Shown here: positions 37,001 to 45,588 of the stretch, piece by piece
Layout of the letters: the number at the start of each line of letters is the position of its first letter
How positions within the stretch are numbered: the first letter of the stretch is position 1
Source of the DNA: Thermoanaerobaculia bacterium
GTDB taxonomy: Bacteria > Acidobacteriota > Thermoanaerobaculia > Gp7-AA8
Length of the DNA stretch: 64,000 bases
Direction of reading: 5' to 3'
Assembly: GCA_035569395.1 (NCBI GenBank)
Contig: DATMNC010000063.1
Coordinates: 91,059 to 155,058 of the forward strand
Notes under the pieces: generated by a model
What the model was told of the DNA's origin: nothing
Database searches by the model: none
Seen by the model: only the letters and a program-made list of their open reading frames with translations
Made by a program: the position numbers and the translations under genes

Positions 37001-38117
37001 GTCGGCGCGTACCGGTGCCATGTTCGGTGGGTCGGTCAAGACGGCGGCGCCGAAGACGGTCGAGCTCGAAGCCGGCGGAACGGCGCAGGTGGACATCGAT
37101 TTCAAATCGAGCACGGTCATCAGCGGCCGCGTCACAAGGAACGGAGTTGCGGTGGCCAGGGCCCAGGTTTCGTTCATCCCGCGCAGCGGACAGCAGACGA
37201 GCGTGAGCGGACCGGCCGACTCAGACGGCCACTATGAACTGAGCGGCCTCGACGACGGCACATATACGGTCCAGACGGTGGACATGGCCAGCCTGAGCCC
37301 GTTCACCACGCAGTACGAGGTCCACGGCTCGAATACGTTCGACATCACCATGAAGACGGTGACCCTGCACGGCCATGTCATCGACGCCGGCGATTCGCAC
37401 CCTCTTAATGAGGCGAACGTGCAGCTTCAGTCCCCGGGGCAGTCGTTCATCGGCAGCCGTACCGCCGTGACCGACTCCGCCGGAAACTTCACCATCGACA
37501 ATGTGCCGTCCGGGAACTACCAGATCACCGCGGACAAGACCGGCTACGGGCATGACGCGCGGACGATCACAATCGGTGATTCGACACCTGACGATGTGCA
37601 ATTTCAGCTCTCGCCGGGCGACGGCATCACCATTCGCGCCGTCGACACGCGCGACAACACGGCCCTCACCGTTAATGTCGTGCGCGTGATCGACTCGCAG
37701 GGAAATGAGGTTCCGCCCCAACAGGGCTTCTTCGGCGGCAGCAGCGCGGTGGTCACGCTGGCTCTCTCACCAGGCGTCTACCGCGTCACGGTCTCGGCGA
37801 GGAACTACGCGCCGCAGACGATTTCGATGGCGTCGCCGTCACAGCAGATGGTTCGCTTCTCGCCGGGCGGCTCGATCGTCCTGCATTCGACGGACTCAAC
37901 ACCACGAAACTACAGGCTGATCGATTCGTCCGGCGTCCCGTTTGGAATGAATCCCATTTCGCAGGGCATCTTCCCGCTTCCACCCGGCACCACCCCGCTG
38001 AACAACGTCACCGCCGGCCACTACCAGTTGCAAGTCATCGACAAAAGCAGCGGCCGCGTGACGAAGACGGTGGAGATCGATGTGCTGGATGGGCAGCAGA
38101 GCATTATCAACGTGTAA
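34074..38117 (+). CDS. 1347-aa secreted protein made of about 15 carboxypeptidase-regulatory-like (CarbopepD_reg/PEGA-type) beta-sandwich repeats
   Basis: ATG at 34074 with GGGAGGA 6 nt upstream. Signal peptide MRAFRRLLCVSFVLSSFVAPLRA. A recurring G(R/T)V.D..G.P(V/L)..A.V......T.(T/S)D..G.F....(L/V).(P/A)G.Y pattern. A poly-Gly linker lies at 36883..36935. Confidence 0.85.
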   Translation: MRAFRRLLCVSFVLSSFVAPLRAAVIGTVINIDGKPLTGAKVSLFAPELITAQGPRLLSDEPQRKPLATMATDSGGKFSFDVPKDQTVVDVRVDAAGYAPSGIRLNAADDDAGAMMLAQAPSVRGTITANGKPVANATVIILGGAEYTTKTDADGHYSAPDPSKWAFRIIVLHPDFAMVEELLGPAGTKKGSDFSMTAGVAIKGRVVAEDGQTPVAEAQLFLDGWPSGKSAADGTFTIAHAPKDWETVVARKDTRVAQRARTAAVAMLKLGKSATVSGNVRDVKSQLPVAGARVSLGPTGRFGARDASVDAISDAKGNFIITGVAAGTYEIRPTRPGYEISGMQAVHLKAADAAQKTLYATARGRISGSVIDEDKRPVAAAHLTTRRASRNNDMFALMGRGGAGSDGYSAPDGHFVLRNVEIEADLQVDAVKRGFPVAKSPSLKLAAAERKTGLTITIPRGVAITGKVTDKDKKPLSGVGVEAIESSADASAGMRRMVVSSMQGNRNDELVRTGSDGTFLIRVKEGTYDLAFKREGYSAKSVRGTKVDANTKPLEVMLAPGVEISGRVTRGGAGVEGVTVRSISQDGMASAVTSSDGSFTITDLTPGQMMLNASKQDSFIQEMRSVTAPARDVLIDLPPGGRITGHVLDKSSHQPVTSFQAGVTTSRGGGGMVVMMPPMQKQFTSDDGSFVLEGIKPGTTQVVVNAPGYTTARVPNIEVEDGKTAPDVEVDVESGSKLTGHVTDASGTPLAGVAVSSNPMAGGGGRVMRFDATDSSATTDPSGEYSFDSLEAGEKTFSFSRSGYVAQQQTVTITAGKDARLDVQLSSGMRAAGFVVTDGGAPIPDASVRAVSAAEMDGGRDARTDANGAFAFEGLAPGHYTFTAGKTGFAPATLRDIDIATSGPVRVILTGGGVITGHVNGLTAPELEQATVSATVSGSGGGGGFGGGGGGGAASVAVDAAGNFRIDGAPSGTVRVSARTGAMFGGSVKTAAPKTVELEAGGTAQVDIDFKSSTVISGRVTRNGVAVARAQVSFIPRSGQQTSVSGPADSDGHYELSGLDDGTYTVQTVDMASLSPFTTQYEVHGSNTFDITMKTVTLHGHVIDAGDSHPLNEANVQLQSPGQSFIGSRTAVTDSAGNFTIDNVPSGNYQITADKTGYGHDARTITIGDSTPDDVQFQLSPGDGITIRAVDTRDNTALTVNVVRVIDSQGNEVPPQQGFFGGSSAVVTLALSPGVYRVTVSARNYAPQTISMASPSQQMVRFSPGGSIVLHSTDSTPRNYRLIDSSGVPFGMNPISQGIFPLPPGTTPLNNVTAGHYQLQVIDKSSGRVTKTVEIDVLDGQQSIINV

Positions 38118-38160
38118 GGCGTTGGCCGAGTGAGCCGGCATCCGTTACGTCAAAGCGTTT

Positions 38161-38219
38161 CACCACAGAGACACAGAGGCCACAGAGAAAACCTCTGTGT
38201 TCTCTGAGCCTCTGTGGTT
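38161..38219. repeat. inverted arrays of CACAGAG units (element E9)
   Basis: caccacagaga cacagagg ccacagagaa aa cctctgtg ttctctgag cctctgtggtta. The flanks (38140-60 and 38220-45) extend the imperfect stem. Confidence 0.85.
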
Positions 38220-38260
38220 AAAGCTTTTCGGATGTAACAACGCGGCAGAGGATCACTGAC

Positions 38261-38863
38261 TCACTCCTCATCGTGCTCGTCGATCGGCGGCGGCTCGGGC
38301 ATATCGACGGCGGCTTCGAGCGGCATGCGGTCCGGGCGGGGGGGCATTGGGCCGCCGAAGTTCTTGCGGTGTTTCTCCAGGCGCTTGAAGAGGTGGTGCA
38401 GGTCGTAAGTCAGGCGGAGGACGGTGCGGCGAAGCTTGTATTTGACGCGTTTGAAGGCCTCGAGATCGTCGCCGCGCAGCGTGGGGAGGAAGGACTGGAT
38501 CTCGGCGATGCGCTTGCGCACCTTGTCGAGATCCTTGTCCTGTACGTTCACGAAAAGCTCTTCGCCGTTGATCAGCATCGGTTCGGTGCCGGTCATCTGA
38601 TCGTCGAACCAGTGCCAGAGCTGAATCAGGTCGATGCGCCGGCCCTTGGAGAGGAACCTCGTCTCCAGCAGGTCCTGCCGGAAGTAGCCGAGGAGCTTGC
38701 GGTCGTCGGCGTGATTGAACTCGTCGTCCGTCAGATTGCGGGTGTTCCAGACGCCGTAGCGAATGATGTCGTTGCGCGTGCTCCGAAGCTGGCGCAGCGT
38801 CTCATCGAGAACCTTGAACGGCATTTGCGCGAGCGTTTGCGGCTCGAGTTGGGTCAAGGGCAT
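38261..38863 (-). CDS. hypothetical cytoplasmic protein (acidic C-terminus)
   Basis: 200 aa with no signal peptide and no recognisable domain. Lies 17 nt downstream of the metalloprotease gene. Confidence 0.55.
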   Translation of the reverse strand: MPLTQLEPQTLAQMPFKVLDETLRQLRSTRNDIIRYGVWNTRNLTDDEFNHADDRKLLGYFRQDLLETRFLSKGRRIDLIQLWHWFDDQMTGTEPMLINGEELFVNVQDKDLDKVRKRIAEIQSFLPTLRGDDLEAFKRVKYKLRRTVLRLTYDLHHLFKRLEKHRKNFGGPMPPRPDRMPLEAAVDMPEPPPIDEHDEE

Positions 38864-38879
38864 AGGCTTGAAGAATACC

Positions 38880-41800
38880 TCACTGTGCTGGCACGAAGAT
38901 CGGATCGCCCGTGTTGTTGTCGATGACGGACGCCCAGGCCAGCGTTTTGCCGGCGCCGGCGATCACCTGCACGTCGACGCGTCCGTTCACGACTGGTGAC
39001 GACGTCAATGCATCGACAGGGAACTGCACGAGCCGAAACGGGTCGATCGCTCGTTCCGCGCTGCCGAGCGAATTGCCGGCGGAATCGTAGAGCGTGAAGC
39101 GCAGGACCTGCACCGCGTCGCTGGCGTTGATTGCGCCGAGGTTTGTGCGGAAGGAGGAAGAGCGCTCGATGTGCAGCATCTCCTGGGGAGCGCTGCTGCT
39201 GTCTCCGGTGAAGGTCAAGGGGATGAACTGGCCATACGTACCGTTGCTGGATGAGGTGAAGGTGCGCGAGGTGGCGACGATGGCTCCGGACAGATCGGCG
39301 CGAAGCGTGCCGAATCCGCCGGTCCGGCCGAAGTAATTGCCGACGATGTCGTCGAGCCGCACGGCCTGACGCCCGGCCACGCTGCCGTGCTTGACCACCC
39401 TCTCGCCGGTGACGGCATCGACGTAGGTCAGGTCGAAGCTGCCGCCGCTGTCGGTGGGCGCGCTAAGAAAGACGTCGCTCCGCCAGAAGGTGTTCACGCC
39501 CGGCTGGCTGATCACCGGCGCCACGAACGCACCGGTACGCGGATTCGCCGCGGCGACGTAGATCGGATCGCCGCTGTGATTGTCGATGACCGATCCGTAG
39601 GCGACGATGCGGGCGTCGCCGCTGATCACGCGCAGCTCGGCGGTCATCAGCGGCGCGCCCGTTGCCGGGAACTGCAACTGGTCGAACGGAACGGCCGCGA
39701 AGTCCTGCGTCGAGAGCACCGCGCCGGTGGTGGCCTCGAACAAGGTCATGCGAACGGTGCCGCTGCCACCGGCCACCTCCGCAAAGCCGGTGTTCGTACG
39801 AAAATCGGCCGTCGCCTGGATCTGGGGCACGTAGGCAAGCGTCGAGGCGTCGAGCGTGCTGACCGCCGGGATGAACTGGCCGTAGGTTCCGCCATTCGCG
39901 TGCGTATACGTGCGGCTGGTGACGACGAGTGCGTCCGTATCGCCGAGAAACTCGAGCTGGCCGACGCCGCTCGTGCGCATCGTGGCGGAGACGACGTCGT
40001 CAAGCGCCATGACCTGATGCGGCGCGATCGACAGCTTCACCGCCGCGAAGTGACTCCAGCCGTCCTCGCCGGCGTGGGTGAAGATCGCCGTGACGTTCGC
40101 CGTCACCGCGCTGCCGTTGAAGAGACGTATGTCAGTCTGCCAATTCGTCCCCAGAGCGCCCGGTGCGTGGGCGACCGCCGCGATGTGCTTGCGCGGCGCA
40201 AACGACGACGGACGCGTCGTGGCGGGGACGTCGCCCGTGAAGGTGATACCGAGGGCCCACGAGATGAGTGTGCCGCTGTTCTGCGATTGAAGATCGCGAA
40301 CCGTCAGCGTCCATCTCCCGCCGGCGCCGTGGCCGCGGAAGATGTCGAGCCGCTCGGCAGGATCGGCATCGACGCCGTACGTCACCTGGGTTGCCGGCGC
40401 GTGATCGGTGGAAGGGTTCTGCAGGATGGCCGCCGTCCCGTCCGGCGCTGTGAGCACGATCTGCAGGTCTCCTCGGGAGGGATGCGCGATGTTGACGTTG
40501 ACGGAGAGGCTGTCGATCGTGCGGCTGTCGGTGAGATCGATCGTCGATGTGATCCCCGCCGGCGTGTTGTCCGGAATGGCCAGACCCTGCTGCGGCGACT
40601 GAAACAACGTCACCTCGCCGTGCGGCGCCGGATTGCAGTCGGAGCTGCCGAGGATCAGCCGGGTGGTGAAGGCGGTGCAGATCGCATTCGCATGCGAAGC
40701 GCCGTTGAGAACGCGGTCGGCATCGAGCAGCTTGAGGGCGATCACGGCATACGTCGGATCAGAAGGCGCGCCGAACATCGATTCCAGCACCAGCGTGTCC
40801 GCCATCCGTCGGCCATCGGTCACGCCGTGACGGCGCACGAGCGCGTCGAAGATCTCGCGGAGCGCGGATGACCAGATCTCGCCGTTCTTGTGCTCTGTCC
40901 CTGAGGTCCCACTGGTAAGGAAGTCGTTCATCGTCTTCGTGCCGTCGACGCGGCGAAGGCAGTCGGCGCCGGCGGGATAGCCGCACTCCTGCGAATCGTC
41001 GTCACCGAAGCAGCGCGCGTCCCAATCGGCGATGCAGTACTGGTCGCGGCCGCCGGCGAGACCGGGCTCATAGTTCGATGAGAAGGCCCAGTAGTCGCTG
41101 AACCCTTCGCCCATCGCCCGCGACTGGCTCGCCGAGGTGCCGAAGAAGACCGATGGCGCGATCCAATCTTCTACCGAGTGAAAAAACTCGTGCAGCACGA
41201 TGTCGGAGTCTTCCGCGTCGTCGACGCCGCCATCGCCGAAATACAGCTTCCCCTGCCCCGGCGTCAGAGTGCTTCCTACGTAGAGCGAATTGTCCGCGCC
41301 CGAAAGCGCGTGCGGATCGGCCGGAATCGAGTAGCCGACGACACGCCGGGCGCCCGTGTACCCGAGCGACTGCATGTAGCGCTGACTGCGATCAATATGA
41401 AAATAGACGTTCACTTCTTCGAACTGCGGCTGGCTGCGGTCGAACAGCAGCGGCTGTGAGGCATCGGCGTGCTGGGTGAATGGGGAGTCGGTATCGACGA
41501 TCTGGACGTTTGGTCCGATCAGCATGCCGGCCGGGTTGAGCTCGAGAAGGTCGACGAGCGAGTACGCGGCGTCAGGGACCGCCGCGGCGGAGTCGTTTTG
41601 ATCGCGAAGCGAAGGATCGTTCAGCTTCGCCACAGGATTCGGATCGAAGACTCTTCCCTTGGCCGTGATGTGGGCAAAGAGTGGTTGTGAGCGAAGGATC
41701 ACGCCGGTCGCGGCGTCGATGTAGTGCGCCACCGGTTCGTGCGGATTCTGCTCGACGACGACGCGCCATGCCGGCCGCGCCTCGCCGCTGACGTTGACGG

Positions 41801-42095
41801 CGACGAGCTGCTCGTCGCGCAGCAAACCGGAGGGGGCGCTTGCGAGCGCGGCACTCTTCGCAATCAGCGCGCGTTTCGGAGCGGCCTTGGCGATGGCGCG
41901 ATGCAGTTCACGGACACTGCCATCGTGATCGACGCACTCGATCACCTCACCCCCGACGACGGGCAGGCCGTCTACATACTGCGTGTAGTGCCGGTACGTG
42001 CCGACGAGCGACTCGCGCTCATAGTCGAGCCGCAGGTCCTGGGCATGGGCAGCCGCGGGGAGCAGGAGAACGAGAGAGACCATGAGCCGCCGCAT
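38880..42095 (-). CDS. secreted zinc metalloprotease (HExxH) with proprotein-convertase P-domain and duplicated C-terminal modules
   Basis: Signal peptide MRRLMVSLVLLLPAAAHA. HEFFHSVED zinc motif. A P-domain-like segment (IPDNTPAGITSTI...HPSRGDLQIVLTAPDG...GGRWTLTVRDLQSQNSGTLISWAL). Two C-terminal modules of about 215 aa, each ending in VIDN.(S/T)GDPI.V. Confidence 0.8.
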   Translation of the reverse strand: MRRLMVSLVLLLPAAAHAQDLRLDYERESLVGTYRHYTQYVDGLPVVGGEVIECVDHDGSVRELHRAIAKAAPKRALIAKSAALASAPSGLLRDEQLVAVNVSGEARPAWRVVVEQNPHEPVAHYIDAATGVILRSQPLFAHITAKGRVFDPNPVAKLNDPSLRDQNDSAAAVPDAAYSLVDLLELNPAGMLIGPNVQIVDTDSPFTQHADASQPLLFDRSQPQFEEVNVYFHIDRSQRYMQSLGYTGARRVVGYSIPADPHALSGADNSLYVGSTLTPGQGKLYFGDGGVDDAEDSDIVLHEFFHSVEDWIAPSVFFGTSASQSRAMGEGFSDYWAFSSNYEPGLAGGRDQYCIADWDARCFGDDDSQECGYPAGADCLRRVDGTKTMNDFLTSGTSGTEHKNGEIWSSALREIFDALVRRHGVTDGRRMADTLVLESMFGAPSDPTYAVIALKLLDADRVLNGASHANAICTAFTTRLILGSSDCNPAPHGEVTLFQSPQQGLAIPDNTPAGITSTIDLTDSRTIDSLSVNVNIAHPSRGDLQIVLTAPDGTAAILQNPSTDHAPATQVTYGVDADPAERLDIFRGHGAGGRWTLTVRDLQSQNSGTLISWALGITFTGDVPATTRPSSFAPRKHIAAVAHAPGALGTNWQTDIRLFNGSAVTANVTAIFTHAGEDGWSHFAAVKLSIAPHQVMALDDVVSATMRTSGVGQLEFLGDTDALVVTSRTYTHANGGTYGQFIPAVSTLDASTLAYVPQIQATADFRTNTGFAEVAGGSGTVRMTLFEATTGAVLSTQDFAAVPFDQLQFPATGAPLMTAELRVISGDARIVAYGSVIDNHSGDPIYVAAANPRTGAFVAPVISQPGVNTFWRSDVFLSAPTDSGGSFDLTYVDAVTGERVVKHGSVAGRQAVRLDDIVGNYFGRTGGFGTLRADLSGAIVATSRTFTSSSNGTYGQFIPLTFTGDSSSAPQEMLHIERSSSFRTNLGAINASDAVQVLRFTLYDSAGNSLGSAERAIDPFRLVQFPVDALTSSPVVNGRVDVQVIAGAGKTLAWASVIDNNTGDPIFVPAQ

Positions 42096-42138
42096 CCGTC
42101 CCGCAAACCGTGGGCTTACAGGGAAAATTCAGGCCGGT

Positions 42139-44466
42139 CTACGTCGCCGAGACCGTTTGCGGGTCCTCGGCTGAAGGGGGCGGCAATTGCTCGACCGCGG
42201 GAGTAACGGGCAACGAGAACGAGAAAGTCGTCCCCTGCCCTTCGCGGCTCTCCACCCAGATCGAGCCGCCGTGGCGCTCGACGATCTGCTTTGTAATGTA
42301 GAGACCCAGCCCGAGGCCGCCGTAATTCGTCGATGACACCTGGCGTCCACGATGGAAGCGCTCGAAGACCTGTCCAATCTCATCGGTGGGAATGCCAATC
42401 CCGCGGTCGGCCACGGACGTCACGAGCTGGTCGCCTCGTTCTTCCACGCTGACGAGGATCTCACTGCCGTCCGGCGAATACTTCACCGCGTTCTCCATCA
42501 GGTTTCCGAGCACCTGCTCGAGGCGGTCGCGGTCGCCGAGGACGCGCTTGTGACCGACGGGGAGATTGAGTTGGAAACGGCGCTCGCTGACGGCGGTGTG
42601 ATGGCGATGGACGACGTCGCTCACGAACGTCGTCCATGGGATCGGCTCGCGCCGGATCTCGAGACGGCCGGTCTCGATCCGTGAGACGTCGAGCAGCTCG
42701 AGGATGAGACGCGACATCCGATCGATCTGATCGAGGGCGATGTCGAGATACTCCTCCGAGGTGCGCAGATCGTTTTCGCGGATCAGCGTCTTCGCCAGTT
42801 GCGTGTACCCCTTGATCGATGTCACTGGAGTGCGGAGCTCATGCGAGGCGATGGAAAGGAACTCGTCCTTCAGGCGCGAGAGGTCTTCCACCTTGCGCCG
42901 GGCATCGACCTGATCGGTGTAGAGCTTGGCGTTTTCGATGGCCAGGGCGGCGCGCTCGGCGAGGATCTCGGCCAGCGGCAGCTTCTCGTCGCTCATGGCG
43001 CGATCGGGATCGTTTGCGGCGATGACCAGCGCACCGAGCATCTCGCGGCGCGTGCGCAGCGGAAGAATCAGGAGCGAGGCCAGCTTCATCGGCGCGGCGT
43101 GATAGCCCCCTTCGAGCTCGGGCCCGGCCGGCTGAGCACCGCCGAGGTTTTGTGTCAGTGAGGGATAGCCGGTGCTGACGACCTGGCCGATGATCCCTTC
43201 GCCGACCACGAGCGGCTGCCGGTAGATGTACGACCAGGCTAACCCGATGGAGGTCATCTCCCGGTGATAGATCGAAGCAACACGCAGCTCGCTCGAGTCC
43301 GACGACTTGAGAATGACCGCGGCCCAGTCGCCCAACACCTCGGCTACACGTTCCGCGATCGCCTGCGTGACCCAGACCGGATCGATGTTGCTGGCGAAGA
43401 AGGCCCCGGCGTCGGCCAGGATCTGCGCCCGCTCGGCCTGCAGTTGCATCGCCTCCTCGAGCCGCCGCCGCTCGGTGATGTCGCGGAACGTGACGATGAC
43501 GCCGGAGATGCGGCCGTCGTCACGCAGAGGCGTAGCGCTTACGGAGATTGCGATCTGCCTCTCCTCCCGCATCACCATCATCGTGATGTCGCGCACGGGG
43601 CGGCCGGTAGACAGCGCCCGCGCCGCCGGCAGCTCACTGGCGTCGACCGGCTCGCCCGCATCGTTCAACAAGCCATAGACCTCGGCATGTTGAAAGATCG
43701 GCACGCCAACGTCCGATCGTCCAAGCAGATTTTTCGCGGCCCGATTCAGGTACGCGGTCTTTCCCTCGGCGTCGACCAGCACGACGCCATCCGACATGCC
43801 TCCGATCATCGTCTCGGTGCGTTTCACCTGCCGGTTGATCGAGGCGATGAGCGATTGCTGGATACGCCAGATCAGGTACGCGGCCAGGACGATGATGATG
43901 GCGCTGACGATCACCATCAGCAGAGTCAGACCGGTGCGCATGCTGCCGATGCGCGCAAGATCGTGACGCTCCTCGCGCTCGTGCTCGTCAGCCATCGTGC
44001 CGGCATAGTCGGGAGCAGCGCGGTAGAGCTTCGACGCCTCGACCATGTACTCATTGGCGTTGGCGTCACGATCTTCGCGGAGAGAAGACATTTCCTGGTC
44101 GGTGAGTTGCTTCACCTCGTTGAAGTTCTTGCGCATCGAGGCGACGACCTTCGCGTCGTGCGGATCGGTGGCCAGTTGGCTGGCCCTGGCGGCGACCTTC
44201 CTGAAGTCGCGGATGGCCTCGTAATACTGCTGCAGGAACTGGGTCTGCCGCGTGAGCGCGAAACCGCGCGCCGCGGCCATGATCATCAGCGTGTCGTCAT
44301 TCATCGCGTAGAGGGCGTCGAGGAGCGGCGTCGCGCCCTCGACGATGCGCGACTCCTGGCGATTGGAGAGATGAAGGATTCCGATCGTCAGCGCCAGGCC
44401 CGCGGCGATGAGTACCACCAACACCGCGAAGGCGCTCCACAACGTGCTCCGAATCGAGGAATCCAT
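42139..44466 (-). CDS. sensor histidine kinase (CHASE3-HAMP-PAS-GAF-HisKA-HATPase architecture, by eye)
   Basis: N-terminal TM segment followed by a CHASE3-like region. FLSIASHELRTPVTSI (H-box). GLGLGLYITKQIVERHGGSIWVESREGQGTTF (G2 box). No response regulator is adjacent. Confidence 0.85.
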   Translation of the reverse strand: MDSSIRSTLWSAFAVLVVLIAAGLALTIGILHLSNRQESRIVEGATPLLDALYAMNDDTLMIMAAARGFALTRQTQFLQQYYEAIRDFRKVAARASQLATDPHDAKVVASMRKNFNEVKQLTDQEMSSLREDRDANANEYMVEASKLYRAAPDYAGTMADEHEREERHDLARIGSMRTGLTLLMVIVSAIIIVLAAYLIWRIQQSLIASINRQVKRTETMIGGMSDGVVLVDAEGKTAYLNRAAKNLLGRSDVGVPIFQHAEVYGLLNDAGEPVDASELPAARALSTGRPVRDITMMVMREERQIAISVSATPLRDDGRISGVIVTFRDITERRRLEEAMQLQAERAQILADAGAFFASNIDPVWVTQAIAERVAEVLGDWAAVILKSSDSSELRVASIYHREMTSIGLAWSYIYRQPLVVGEGIIGQVVSTGYPSLTQNLGGAQPAGPELEGGYHAAPMKLASLLILPLRTRREMLGALVIAANDPDRAMSDEKLPLAEILAERAALAIENAKLYTDQVDARRKVEDLSRLKDEFLSIASHELRTPVTSIKGYTQLAKTLIRENDLRTSEEYLDIALDQIDRMSRLILELLDVSRIETGRLEIRREPIPWTTFVSDVVHRHHTAVSERRFQLNLPVGHKRVLGDRDRLEQVLGNLMENAVKYSPDGSEILVSVEERGDQLVTSVADRGIGIPTDEIGQVFERFHRGRQVSSTNYGGLGLGLYITKQIVERHGGSIWVESREGQGTTFSFSLPVTPAVEQLPPPSAEDPQTVSAT

Positions 44467-44609
44467 ACTTGCCGGCTCAGCCGGTTTCGGGATGCAAGAT
44501 CGACGCCGGTGCCCAGCGGCGGACGTTGATCCAAGTACCTTCGTTTCAGCGACTTCCAGATGGGCATCGCTGGAACGGCGGATGCAGGATCGGTCCCCGG
44601 AGGAGTCTC

Positions 44610-45458
44610 ATGGAACTCAGGCCGTTGCGCAACGCTACGATTTCATTCGGCCTCGTGGCCATCCCGGTCCGCTTCTACACGGCCACGAAATCGGAAGACG
44701 TTCACTTCAATCTGTTGCACGCAAGTTGCGGCACCCGCGTCAATCGTAAATGGTGGTGCCCGCATCACGAGAAGATCGTCGACTCGGATGAGTTGATCCG
44801 CGGCTATGCGATCTCGAAATCAAAGTACGTGACCTTCACCGACGAGGAGATCGAGACGCTGGAGACAGACGACAACCGCGCCCTCGAGATCACCGAGTTC
44901 GTCGATCTGCATGAAATCGATCCGCTCTTCTTCGAGAAGGCCTATTTTCTGGGACCGTCGCCCGGCGGCGGAAAGACCTACCGGCTTCTCTCCCAGGCCA
45001 TGAAGAAGCAGGACAAAGTGGCCGTGGCCCGCTGGGTCGCGGCGGGCAAGGAGCACCTTGTGGTCCTGCGGCCGTACGATAAGGGCCTCGTGCTGCACAC
45101 GATGTATTACGCCGACGAGGTACGCGACTTCGGCGCGATCGATCTCGAATCGTCGCCGGCGAGTGAGAAGGAAGTCAAACTCGCCGAGATGCTGATCGAT
45201 GAGTTGACCGAGAAGAAGTTCGATCCTCTCGCGTTCAAGGATGAATACCGCAAACGCCTGCTGGACCGCATCCGCGCCAAATCGAAAGGCAAGGCGATCG
45301 AGCCGGAGGAAAAAGAAGAGGAGAAAGGCGGCGAAGTCATCGACATCATGGATGCGCTCCGCCGCAGTCTCAGCAAAGGCCGCGGCGCGGCAAAACCGGC
45401 ACGCGCGAGGCCTGTTGCGCGAAGGAAGACGACTTCGAGGAAGAGAAAGGCATCGTGA
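44610..45458 (+). CDS. ku: Ku DNA end-binding protein
   Basis: ATG at 44610 after GGAGGAG. ISFGLVAIPVRFYTATKSEDVHFNLLH...IRGYAISKSKYVTFTDEEI...YFLGP. Basic C-terminal tail. Confidence 0.9.
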   Translation: MELRPLRNATISFGLVAIPVRFYTATKSEDVHFNLLHASCGTRVNRKWWCPHHEKIVDSDELIRGYAISKSKYVTFTDEEIETLETDDNRALEITEFVDLHEIDPLFFEKAYFLGPSPGGGKTYRLLSQAMKKQDKVAVARWVAAGKEHLVVLRPYDKGLVLHTMYYADEVRDFGAIDLESSPASEKEVKLAEMLIDELTEKKFDPLAFKDEYRKRLLDRIRAKSKGKAIEPEEKEEEKGGEVIDIMDALRRSLSKGRGAAKPARARPVARRKTTSRKRKAS

Positions 45459-45462
45459 ACGA

Positions 45463-45588
45463 GGTCGTTGGGGTTCGCGGTTGCTGGGTTGCTGATTGCT
45501 GGGCTGCTGAGTAGAGCCGAGCAACACCAGCGACGAAACCCAGCAACTCTGCAACCCAGCAACTCAGTAACCCCGAAACCCAGCAACC
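45463..45588. repeat. inverted arrays of GGTTGCTG / CAGCAACY units (element E10)
   Basis: ggtcgttggggttcgcggttgctgggttgctgattgctgggctgctgag, a loop, then caacaccagcgacgaaacccagcaactctgcaacccagcaactcagtaaccccgaaacccagcaacc, ending directly at the ATG at 45589. Confidence 0.85.

Noticed and set aside
39387-40871. 494-aa plus-strand ORF opposite the metalloprotease, and 43264..44529 opposite the histidine kinase
   Set aside because: They are antisense shadows with a low-complexity Arg/Gly/Asp composition.
9348-45588. Possibility that the short tandem arrays are CRISPR arrays
   Set aside because: The units are 7-9 nt and contiguous, with no unique spacers of 25-40 nt. No cas genes are present.
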